DNA of 61,674 bases, counting the filler, from a bacterium (GTDB lineage Bacteria > UBP15 > UBA6099 > JAJRTR01): the NCBI GenBank assembly GCA_024278215.1. It is 6 parts of 6 records of this genome, joined end to end, with 100 filler letters (N's around TTAATTAATTAA, not from the genome) between each part and the next. Parts side by side here need not be neighbours in the genome. Positions count along the whole stretch, not along the records: positions 30,638 to 40,112 come from JAJRTR010000141.1; positions 40,213 to 57,010 come from JAJRTR010000142.1; 4 more parts are not named here. One strand, written 5' to 3'. Both the position numbers and the translations under genes were made by a program. The notes under the pieces are model-generated. The model saw only the letters and a program-made list of their open reading frames with translations, had not been told where the DNA came from and did not search any database. This document shows positions 38,141 to 46,910 of the stretch, piece after piece; position 1 is the stretch's first letter; each line of letters starts with the position of its first letter.

Positions 38141-39874
38141 CTACTTTACGGGCTGTGCCTTTTCTGCAACTTCGACTATAAGATCGAGCTTTTCCCTGAC
38201 TTCATCATCAATCAGCTTCTCCGGAACAAATTCGGCAAGTACGTGGAAATTCTTTTTATCCATTTCATTGGGCAAATCCAACTTGTCGTAGAATTTTCTG
38301 AATAATGGTTCCAGAAAATCATCGCTCGCCTTTACATCATCGCTCCATGGAGACAGTCCCTTTAGGTCTTTTAATGAAGTGGAAATCTCATTAATCGATT
38401 CTTCCATTCTCTCAGGCCATTCTCTGGTAGAATCAGGCGTATCAAAAAGGTCCCCAGAACTTCCCACAACTTTGTTCCTGACATAATTCAGCAAAGTCTC
38501 TTTTTGACAGAGATAATTCTCGATTTCGTTTTTTTGCCATTCGGCAAATATCAATTCTTCTTCGGAAGGCGGCAGTTTCTTTTCTAGTCTGTCGAATATA
38601 GCGATTCCCACGAGGTCTTTCTTTGCTTCCCGAATGCCATAAAAATGTTCCTGGGCCTGTCTCGGCTGGTTTCCGACATAATGAACGAATGGGCGTTCAA
38701 GGGCTCTCATCGCTTTCTCGTGGTTTAGCTTTGCGGCGAATGATTTCAGAATCGCGAGATCGGTCGAGCCTTCAAGATACAGGATCCATCCTGTTTGTTC
38801 GGCAAGATAATAATGGTCAAAACCTATGTCTTTAAGGGCTTTAATAACCTGGCTTCCCCTGTTTACTCTGTGGGGCTTACCGACAAAAGCGACAACGACA
38901 TCTCTGCCGACCGCCACATTCAGCAACTTTTCCGAATGGCTTGCCGCGATTATCTGGTTGTTTTTCTTATTAGCGACATCTATTATCACATCATATATTT
39001 GTTCCTGCCTGAGAAGTTCAAGATGAGCGTCGGGCTCGTCGAGCAGAAGCACAGTATCCGGATTAGCGAACATAAAGGATAGAATCAGTAATGTCTGCTG
39101 CAGGCCCCTGCCCGAGCAGGAAATGTCGAGATGGATATTATTCTCGGAATAGCCCATTGTAATAATGCCTGTGGTTGAACTGAATTTCGGCGCTTCGAGT
39201 TTTACCCCGAACAATTTTATAATATATTCAACAAGTTTATCCCAGTCACTCTTATTTTCTTGAGATATTTTATAACAAAGATTCCTGAGCACTTCAGCAG
39301 TTCTGCCTTCGCCGATAAGCCTGTTGATTGAACCTGCCGTCAATTTATCTTCAATGGTGGTCAACCCGGACATTGGGGGCAGCAAAGCTATGTGGATATT
39401 CTCCGCTTCCGCCGGGACAGGCATTCTTTTCTCACCTTTCGAATCAAGTCGTTTAGGGCGGCAATAAAATGATTCTTCATTTGCATAATAAAACTCGAAG
39501 CCACACTTCCATTTTGAATTTCCTGTAACACCCTCAAGAACTATCTCCACATATATTTTTTCATTTTTAGGTTTACCGGCCTGATCTTTGGAAGAATCTA
39601 CAACATGCAGGTTTTTCCAGAGAAGTTTTGCGTTTGGGACTGGTATTGAAATAAGGTCTTTGTAATTTATTGATACGCCGGGTCTTTTCTCAGGCGTTTT
39701 CTGGCCTTTCCTTTTATCCGTCCATTTCTTCATTCCGGCTTCCCAGAGAGTGAGCGCCTGAAGCGCTGTTGATTTTCCCGAATTATTCGGGCCTATGAAA
39801 ACTACAGGGTTGCCGAGTTCAATTTCTGCTTCCTCGAAATGCTTGAAATTTCTTACGGTCATTTTATGAAGCAT
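38141..39874 (-). CDS. ABC-type ATPase fused to a TOPRIM-like domain (OLD-family-like nuclease)
   Basis: GPNNSGKS Walker A, SGRG signature, LLLDEPDAHL Walker B, ASHS H-loop, YLEGSTD and IFDR TOPRIM-like motifs. Confidence 0.8.
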   Translation of the reverse strand: MLHKMTVRNFKHFEEAEIELGNPVVFIGPNNSGKSTALQALTLWEAGMKKWTDKRKGQKTPEKRPGVSINYKDLISIPVPNAKLLWKNLHVVDSSKDQAGKPKNEKIYVEIVLEGVTGNSKWKCGFEFYYANEESFYCRPKRLDSKGEKRMPVPAEAENIHIALLPPMSGLTTIEDKLTAGSINRLIGEGRTAEVLRNLCYKISQENKSDWDKLVEYIIKLFGVKLEAPKFSSTTGIITMGYSENNIHLDISCSGRGLQQTLLILSFMFANPDTVLLLDEPDAHLELLRQEQIYDVIIDVANKKNNQIIAASHSEKLLNVAVGRDVVVAFVGKPHRVNRGSQVIKALKDIGFDHYYLAEQTGWILYLEGSTDLAILKSFAAKLNHEKAMRALERPFVHYVGNQPRQAQEHFYGIREAKKDLVGIAIFDRLEKKLPPSEEELIFAEWQKNEIENYLCQKETLLNYVRNKVVGSSGDLFDTPDSTREWPERMEESINEISTSLKDLKGLSPWSDDVKASDDFLEPLFRKFYDKLDLPNEMDKKNFHVLAEFVPEKLIDDEVREKLDLIVEVAEKAQPVK

Positions 39875-40112
39875 AATTACTCCCCGTTTACTCGATCAAC
39901 GATAAACATCGGTACTATTCACATTATACATTAATGGATTGTTTGTTTTTATGACAAATGATATTCTGCCGGATAAATGATTTGATATTGTGCCGGAATG
40001 CAACATGCGCCCACTTGTTTTCCGCAAGCCCGGCATCACAGCCTCTTCAGCAGGATGTCCCTTATGTCGTCGGCGTCGAGTGGAGCCGGGTTGTTTTTCA
40101 GGCCCGCGACCG

Positions 40113-40212
40113 NNNNNNNNNNNNNNNNNNNNNNNNNNNNNNNNNNNNNNNNNNNNTTAATTAATTAANNNNNNNNNNNNNNNNNNNNNNNNNNNNNNNN
40201 NNNNNNNNNNNN
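40113..40212. other. Artificial contig linker
   Basis: N-run with TTAATTAATTAA. Confidence 0.98.
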
Positions 40213-40352
40213 AAATTGTTCCGAAGCAAGGCGGAGATGCGAAATCCCCGCAGGCGTACTTGTAGAGTACGTCGAGGACGATTTTACACCGACAACGCAG
40301 CTATGGACAATAGCAGCCGACCGCAGCAGAATCATAATTTTGCAATTGGCTC
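40213..40352 (+). mobile_element. Family A element truncated at the contig start; its TIR overlaps the ftsX stop codon
   Basis: Collinear with 1-140; ...GCAATTGGCTCA where TCA (40351-40353) is the ftsX TGA. Confidence 0.85.
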
Positions 40353-41244
40353 AGTATTCTTTAGCGCGTTCAACAAGAAATCTCGTGATTGATATGTAAC
40401 TGCCTGCGATACCCATGATGCAGCCGGCCAGCAATAGCAGAATAACCAGCATCTGCGCCATTACGGATGCTTTTACAAGCGGAATAATAAAGGGTAGTGA
40501 ATTCTGGATACGTGCGCCAAGCAGGTAGTAGCTCACTGCCAGCACCAGCGCAGCAACCAACCCGCCCGCAGTGCCCAGAAACACACCTTCCATCAGGAAC
40601 GGCCAGCGGATAAACCATCCTGTAGCGCCCACAAGCTGCATCGTCCGTATCTCTTCCTGCCGGGCGATGACTGTCAGTCGGATTGTGTTCATGATAGTGA
40701 ACAGCGCGCCGGCGCTCATCAGCATCGTCACAAGATAGCCCAGAAATTTTACCACCAAGCTCAATTTCAGGATTCCCTGCAAGATGCTTTTTCCGTATTT
40801 CAGTTCTGTTACTCCCTGCATTTCGCGCACCTGATCCGCCACAATACCGATCTGGCGAGGGTCCGTTACCCTGATTACCAGCGCATGGGGCAGCGGGTTT
40901 TCTTCCGGCGAGATGTCCAACTCGATGTTCAGGTCTTCCTGTAGTTTGTCCAGCGCACGGTCGGGAGACACGTATTCGATGCTTCTTATCTGCGGCATCT
41001 CGAATATCTTTTCCTGTAAATTCTTTATCTCGTAATTGGTTACATCGTTCTCGAGGAAGGCCCTGATTTCGACCTGAGAAGTGATTTCGGCGGAAAGATT
41101 GTTGATCGTATAGACCATCATCAATGAAATGCCGAGTGTGAGCAGCGATATGGTCGCGGTGCTGGCGGCTGCTACCGACATGAGCGGATTTCGCGAAAGG
41201 TTAATCCTCAATTCACGAATAAAAAAAGCTATCTGGTATAACAT
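40351..41244 (-). CDS. ftsX: Cell division permease FtsX
   Basis: ENPLP, IMNTIRLTVIARQEEI..MQLVGAT.WFIR.PF..EG. Confidence 0.93.
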   Translation of the reverse strand: MLYQIAFFIRELRINLSRNPLMSVAAASTATISLLTLGISLMMVYTINNLSAEITSQVEIRAFLENDVTNYEIKNLQEKIFEMPQIRSIEYVSPDRALDKLQEDLNIELDISPEENPLPHALVIRVTDPRQIGIVADQVREMQGVTELKYGKSILQGILKLSLVVKFLGYLVTMLMSAGALFTIMNTIRLTVIARQEEIRTMQLVGATGWFIRWPFLMEGVFLGTAGGLVAALVLAVSYYLLGARIQNSLPFIIPLVKASVMAQMLVILLLLAGCIMGIAGSYISITRFLVERAKEY

Positions 41245-41338
41245 TTATTAAACCTCTCAGGCCCTTCAGGACGATTTCGCGGCAGACCGCAAGTCGTGGA
41301 CGAAACACAGCCGGCGCCATGTTTCGCTCCTCACGCCT

Positions 41339-42013
41339 TTATTTTGTCTCTTTTGTGTCCTGCACTATCACACCGTTTTCTATCCGTATAAGCCGCTCAT
41401 CGGCTTTTTCCATGGTCTGTATATCGTGGGAGGCTACAAGCACTGTCGTCCCACGTGTCTTTATGCGCTGGAGCAGTTGTATAATATCCCATGATGTTTC
41501 CGGGTCGAGGTTCCCCGTCGGTTCATCGCACAGCAGGATGAGGGGATCGTTGACAATCGCCCTCGCGATTGCCACACGCTGTTCCTGGCCTCGCGACAGG
41601 TTCGCCGGGAATGTGTCGAGCTTATCCTTCAATCCCACGAGTTCAAGAACCTGCGGGACTCGTCTTCCTATCTCGTAGCGGGTCGCACCGGTGACCTCTA
41701 GCGAATAGGCGACATTTTCATAAACTGTTTTTGTGCGCAACAACTTGAAATCCTGGAAAACAACACCCATTTTCCTGCGTAGATAAGGAATCTGGTGCTC
41801 TGTGTAGTCGTATGTGTCTTTTCCGAACACTGTGACAACACCCCTGCTGGGCATTGCGTCAAGATAGATAAGTTTAAGCAGTGAAGTTTTTCCGCAACCC
41901 GTAGGACCCGCGATGAAGCAGATTTCGCCCCTGGTGAACTCTGTGTTTATGTCTTTCAGGGCGTGAACTTTGTCCCTGTGATATATTAGATGGACTCTTT
42001 GAAAAAATATCAT
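41339..42013 (-). CDS. ftsE: Cell division ATP-binding protein FtsE
   Basis: IPYLRRKMGVVFQDFKLL, EQRVAIARA, DEPTGNLDP; upstream of ftsX. Confidence 0.93.
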   Translation of the reverse strand: MIFFQRVHLIYHRDKVHALKDINTEFTRGEICFIAGPTGCGKTSLLKLIYLDAMPSRGVVTVFGKDTYDYTEHQIPYLRRKMGVVFQDFKLLRTKTVYENVAYSLEVTGATRYEIGRRVPQVLELVGLKDKLDTFPANLSRGQEQRVAIARAIVNDPLILLCDEPTGNLDPETSWDIIQLLQRIKTRGTTVLVASHDIQTMEKADERLIRIENGVIVQDTKETK

Positions 42014-42073
42014 AAAGTATTTATCCGACCGGGAATATGTGCTTGTCCTCCGAGTTTGTTTCAGGTCTGCTGC

Positions 42074-42279
42074 TATCCCTGATTTCTCACAAAGAAATCC
42101 GGAAAATCGTGAGAACGCCTATTCTATTGCGTTGCGGCGTCGATTCGGGATCGGTCATATACCAGCATTTTACGCAAGAGGCCGGCTGGCCGGCTGCTCC
42201 CTCACCACTCACTTGCTGCGCCTTGTATTACAGGCATTCTCACGATTTTTGGCCCGCATTGGTGAAATGATGCGGGATA
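42074..42279 (+). mobile_element. Family B element, long variant
   Basis: Collinear with 19083-19288, including the CGCAAGAGGCCGGCTGGCCGGCTG insert. Confidence 0.88.
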
Positions 42280-42310
42280 TAGCCTATTGTGCGGGGACAG
42301 ATTGCTCCGA

Positions 42311-42337
42311 AAAATAAAAATCCCCTTTACGGGGATT
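42311..42337 (-). terminator. Terminator after the PorV-like gene
   Basis: AATCCCC-GTAAA-GGGGATT followed by a T-rich tract on the minus strand. Confidence 0.65.
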
Positions 42338-42373
42338 CTACTTTGATAGACTTATGATTTCAAGTGCAACTCA

Positions 42374-43282
42374 TCAGAAATGAACGATTGCGCCGAAACG
42401 CTGTGTCTGTTCGAGTCCGAGAGCTGTCTTGTTCTTGTACGAGTAGTTGAGTTCCCATTCGTTGCGGATAAAACCGAATCCGGCGGTGACCACCTCGTCG
42501 TCCACACCGGCCCGGAGAACCAACTCGTCCTGTATCTTTCTTTCCATACCAAGGTGTACTGTGGATTCTTCTCCCAGATGACTTATCTGAAGCGAGTACA
42601 GCGAGTCTTCCCTGGGTCTCCTGCTGAAGCCGACTACAATGTTAGGATTGAGGCTGTCTGAACTACCTGAACCGCTTGTATTGTTTTTTGTCTTTATCTC
42701 ACCGAACAAATCATAGATGGCCGCACCCACTGTAGTGGCCTCGTCGACAAGGTAGAGGACACCCGCGTCAATGGAGTAACCATCGCCTGAGAGCGATTCA
42801 GAGTTGATAGATTCGTTGGGAACTCTGTTGGTGTAGACAGTGCCGGGAGGCGCGAATTTCTGGCTGTGCCACTTGAGAGTGGCACCCACATAAGTCTGCG
42901 GGTCCATCTGTTCGGCACCTGAAACCATATACATATCCTGCGTGTAGTCGCCGCCGCCCATGAGAAAATCGCCGCTGTCTATGTGCGCCCAGCCCACGCC
43001 GAAGCCGTGTTGCGCAAAAGCGACATAGTTGTAGTCCACGCCAAGATCGTAAAGGTCGGTATGTGAAACCTGCGCCTGGCGGTCCTTGATCATCGCCAGT
43101 CCCGCCGGGTTCCATCCGATCGCGTTGATATCATTTGCCACGGCTACAAATGCGTTTCCCATTGCCTGGCCGCGCACTCCGATGGTGGGAAACCCGAGGT
43201 CCCCTTTCGCCTGGACCGGCAGATTCGCTGTCAGCATCAGCGCAACTGCAAAGAATCCGGTTCTCAACCAATTCTTCGACAT
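42374..43282 (-). CDS. PorV/PorQ-family (FadL-like) outer-membrane beta-barrel
   Basis: Signal peptide; GVRGQAMGNAFVAVAND.NAI.WNPAGLA N-terminal motif; amphipathic strands; C-terminal Phe. Confidence 0.8.
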   Translation of the reverse strand: MSKNWLRTGFFAVALMLTANLPVQAKGDLGFPTIGVRGQAMGNAFVAVANDINAIGWNPAGLAMIKDRQAQVSHTDLYDLGVDYNYVAFAQHGFGVGWAHIDSGDFLMGGGDYTQDMYMVSGAEQMDPQTYVGATLKWHSQKFAPPGTVYTNRVPNESINSESLSGDGYSIDAGVLYLVDEATTVGAAIYDLFGEIKTKNNTSGSGSSDSLNPNIVVGFSRRPREDSLYSLQISHLGEESTVHLGMERKIQDELVLRAGVDDEVVTAGFGFIRNEWELNYSYKNKTALGLEQTQRFGAIVHF

Positions 43283-43344
43283 TAACTAAATTCTCCTGTT
43301 GATTTTTCAACCCGGTCATTTCAACTCGCCGCCGGGTCGCATCC

Positions 43345-45243
43345 CTACTTCATCACTACTATGCCTTTCGTGTAATTAAGGGTTGAACCATGAAAGTTAT
43401 CACCTGTTGAAACTGCGAATATGTTGAATATATACATTCCGTTCGTTACGAATTTCGAGCCGCCTTCATAAGTCGTGCCGTCCCACAAGCAACCTGTCTC
43501 CCAGTTGCACCTGTTGCAATCCTCTCCACTGCATTCAACATCATCGCCACTGGAAATGATCGGGTCGGAACTGTTCTCGATCTGCCGTATAAGCATTCCG
43601 TCAAGTGAATATATCCTTAATGTAACTTCCGCAGATTCATTATACGAGAAATAGATTCTCAGAGGCATGTTGGCGCTTGCCCTGTAGGGGAACTGGTTCG
43701 GGTACGGCTCCTCACCGGGCAGGAAACTGAATGATGTGCCGACAATGATATTTGTGCCGTCGACCATGTCGCCTGTGGTTAATTCTGTCGCGCTGAAATC
43801 TGTGGGATACGAGCCGGAAAGCCCCTTGTCGTCCTGCACGATTACGCCGAAATATATGTCTGTGTCTTTAACTACAAAATTATCTCCGGATATCTTGCCC
43901 GGAATAGTACATTCGATAGTACCTGTTGTAGTCGACGTTTTTGTCAGGGAGGCAAGACATGCCGTAGTGTCAGTCTTTATTGTTGTTCCCCCATCGTTCG
44001 AATAATAGAATGTTACCTGCGAGATACTGTCGAGAATAGTGCCCGAGTCGTCGGCGTCAGGATCGTCTATCGCGTATTGAACTTTAATGTCCTGCCCCTG
44101 GAGAAATTTTTTGCCATTCGTGCCGAATTCACTACTGTTGGTGAATGTCACAGTCGGCGGGTCGCCGCATTTGCAGGCTGCCGTGTTGGATGTCTGCGAT
44201 GATGGATATTGTGCCTCACATGCTGAAGGATAGCCGGCGTTGCTGCTTGGAAGGCATGTGGCGCCGCTTACCGAGCCGGTGACTGTATATGAAGCACTTG
44301 AAACGGTACCAAGGTCCACTGTTTCCGTGTATGTCCCCGACGTTTCTCCCGTAACGGCGGAACCGGCGATATTCGTGAAATCAATTCCGAAACCGGAACA
44401 TGTATCACCGGTATAATCAGAACAGTCTGCACCGATACATTTCATGCCACTGGTGGAATAGATCATGGTGACAGTCGCGTTGCCGGTGGCGGGCGGCCCT
44501 GCGGTGCAGCCTACCTGCCCCACGCATGTGACAGTTGGAGCGGAAGTTGGCGCTGTCACGTAGCACTTCGGCGCAGTGACTTCAATATTCGTTTGCATGA
44601 CTGAATGAAGGTCTTCAGAACCTGTGCAGTCGCCTGTACCGCTTACGAGGAAACATGAATCGAGGTTCAACATATCTGTTTTCACGCCAAGATCAGTTGT
44701 ATTAAATTGTAATGTATAAGTGTCCGTATCTGCGAAATTATTGGTAAATGTAACTGTATCGTAAATGAAGTTTATAGCTGCCGTAAAATTGCCGCCAAAG
44801 TCAAATGATGAGTTTGTTATTACATCGGCTCCTGCGTCATCGGTTCCAGTACAACCCTCACTAACCGGAGTGTCGAAATAATTTGAAGGATCAATACTGC
44901 ACGAAGGACTTGACATCTTATTATTCTCATTCGGCCCGTCATAATTCCACTTTTCATCAAAAGACATCAATTTATAAGGAGTCGTATTTTGCTCGAACAC
45001 TACATCGAAGATCATTGGATCACCGACAGAATAGCTATTGGCCCCCGTATAGTTGATAACGCCATCTGTGGTGCCGTCCGCGGCATCGGCAGTTGTGCAT
45101 GGTGTTTCTGTTTCAGGCTCGGCACCGCTGGTAAGTGTGTAATCGCCATTTTTCAACAAACATATATCAGCACTGGTGGTTCCCGATAAAAAAATTATGC
45201 TGATAGCTGTAAAAAGGACTGAAGTGAAGATTATTTTCCGCAA
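43345..45243 (-). CDS. Secreted Cys/Thr-rich protein with a C-terminal FlgD-Ig / T9SS-CTD-like domain
   Basis: Signal peptide; tail PYPNQF...VTLRIYSLDGMLIRQI...WDG...NGMYIF...KGIVVMK. Confidence 0.75.
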   Translation of the reverse strand: MRKIIFTSVLFTAISIIFLSGTTSADICLLKNGDYTLTSGAEPETETPCTTADAADGTTDGVINYTGANSYSVGDPMIFDVVFEQNTTPYKLMSFDEKWNYDGPNENNKMSSPSCSIDPSNYFDTPVSEGCTGTDDAGADVITNSSFDFGGNFTAAINFIYDTVTFTNNFADTDTYTLQFNTTDLGVKTDMLNLDSCFLVSGTGDCTGSEDLHSVMQTNIEVTAPKCYVTAPTSAPTVTCVGQVGCTAGPPATGNATVTMIYSTSGMKCIGADCSDYTGDTCSGFGIDFTNIAGSAVTGETSGTYTETVDLGTVSSASYTVTGSVSGATCLPSSNAGYPSACEAQYPSSQTSNTAACKCGDPPTVTFTNSSEFGTNGKKFLQGQDIKVQYAIDDPDADDSGTILDSISQVTFYYSNDGGTTIKTDTTACLASLTKTSTTTGTIECTIPGKISGDNFVVKDTDIYFGVIVQDDKGLSGSYPTDFSATELTTGDMVDGTNIIVGTSFSFLPGEEPYPNQFPYRASANMPLRIYFSYNESAEVTLRIYSLDGMLIRQIENSSDPIISSGDDVECSGEDCNRCNWETGCLWDGTTYEGGSKFVTNGMYIFNIFAVSTGDNFHGSTLNYTKGIVVMK

Positions 45244-45404
45244 GGAATTCTGCCTCCATGAAAGGTCTTATGGTGACCCTGTTATCCGGCCACCATCAAA
45301 TTTCGTGATTGGCTTATGAGATCGTAACGCAGGATTAGAACTATTGCAAGAAATTATTTAAAATAATTTCCGTGGTATCAACAATTAATAACTCATAGCG
45401 CTGA

Positions 45405-46451
45405 TCAAAACGCACTTTTACAAGCATTTGACGGCGAACTTTCGTTAATCAAAGTACTTCCATATGCCGGTTTCATCCTTGCAAGGTCAAGTGCATTGAT
45501 AACATCATCTGCTGTAATATCATACAAGACATTGTAATTGGGATCAGATGAAGGTTTACCATATGCCGGTTTCATCTTTGCAAGATCAAGTGCATTTATC
45601 GCACCATCATCGCTGAAATCGCCAGCGTATACATCCCGGCAGGCGGTGGTGCTTGCGCCTGTGCCTGTGATGTCGATTTCGCACTCGGAGCCGACGGCAT
45701 ACTGTTTGTCGAAATGCAGATAATGTTTGCCTGTTGCTGTTATGGATGGCATGGTGAAGATGCCGTCTGCGTTTGTCGTTGCTGTGCTGCCGACCTGTGT
45801 ACAGGAAGAATCAAGAAGTTTCACTTCCACACCGGCGACACGACCGGGTGCCGAAAGCCTTGCCGCACCGAACATCGTGCCATCGGACTCGACTGCGAAT
45901 GTCTGGTTCTCGCCAACCACTACGTACAATCTTTGTGTTGATTTTGTCGAAGCGACAACCTGTTTTGAAGCTTTGTGGTTTGTATCGAAATCACTGCTTT
46001 CAAATTCGGTGATCGTCTGGTTGTCCGCATCTACCACGGTTACGTCATATTTGCTGTAAAGTTCACTGGCATCAATTTCGAGAGAAAGCGGCACGCCGGT
46101 TTCTTCGGTGTCGACATCAATCGCCCATACATGAGCCGGTGCGTCGGTGTCGACTTTGGCAATGCTGCGCGAGGCTTCTCGTGCCGCGGATGTCACGACA
46201 TAGGCGTTGACAACAGCGTCCGTGGGGTCCGACGAGCCTGTGTCGCTCATACCGGGCAGCGGGGGCGGTTTGAGTTGTTCTGCGGCGGATTGCCCTTCTC
46301 CTACGGTTATTGCGAGAAGGTCCGAACTGTTTGTGGTTGATAAAGTCAAATCTATAGACCACGCATTTTCCGTTCCTGCAGCATTAGATGTAACGCTGAT
46401 GCCGATTACTGCTACTGCCGCTACTAATGCTGTTGTAATCCATTTTCTCAT
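45405..46451 (-). CDS. Secreted protein with a C-terminal dockerin-like duplicated Ca-binding repeat
   Basis: GDFSDDGAINALDLAKMKPAYG / YDITADDVINALDLARMKPAYG; prealbumin-like TTNADGIF domain before it. Confidence 0.8.
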   Translation of the reverse strand: MRKWITTALVAAVAVIGISVTSNAAGTENAWSIDLTLSTTNSSDLLAITVGEGQSAAEQLKPPPLPGMSDTGSSDPTDAVVNAYVVTSAAREASRSIAKVDTDAPAHVWAIDVDTEETGVPLSLEIDASELYSKYDVTVVDADNQTITEFESSDFDTNHKASKQVVASTKSTQRLYVVVGENQTFAVESDGTMFGAARLSAPGRVAGVEVKLLDSSCTQVGSTATTNADGIFTMPSITATGKHYLHFDKQYAVGSECEIDITGTGASTTACRDVYAGDFSDDGAINALDLAKMKPAYGKPSSDPNYNVLYDITADDVINALDLARMKPAYGSTLINESSPSNACKSAF

Positions 46452-46799
46452 GCCGACACCCCTGATTATGTGATTTTGCTCCAGTTGTGAAGCTTTGTAT
46501 ATTTATGACCATCTTACTTTAATCCAGTATAATTATACCACATCTTCTCTATAATAAAACAGGCATATGAAAAATTTATTCAGCTTACAGTATTGCACAA
46601 TTTCTTCAAAACAGATATTCGTTTGAAAGCCATAGAAATATTCTCCAGCGAGTCGTTACGGTATTATATTGTCTTATGGTAGCTTCATTGTTTTCCCTTA
46701 TTAATAATTATACAATAGATAGCGAGCAAATTTCAACAAAAACAATTATTTTTACAGTGCCCGGCGATATTCCCGGTTTTGTGCAGCAAACCATGGACT

Positions 46800-46828
46800 T
46801 AACCCGCATTGATGAAATATGCGGGTCA
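46800..46828. repeat. Solo family B palindrome
   Basis: TAACCCGCATTGATGAAATATGCGGGT. Confidence 0.7.
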
Positions 46829-46910
46829 ACAGCTGCGCAACTTGCAGAACTCTGCCCGCCGCCAGGCCAGGTCCCGATAAAACCGGTTGTTTCTACAAAA
46901 ACGCACAAGT

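Noticed and set aside
40037-40112. Minus-strand gene tail VAGLKNNPAPLDADDIRDILLKRL, possibly an Fe-alcohol dehydrogenase end; similar unnamed tail at 11979-12112
   Set aside because: Too short at a contig edge to assign
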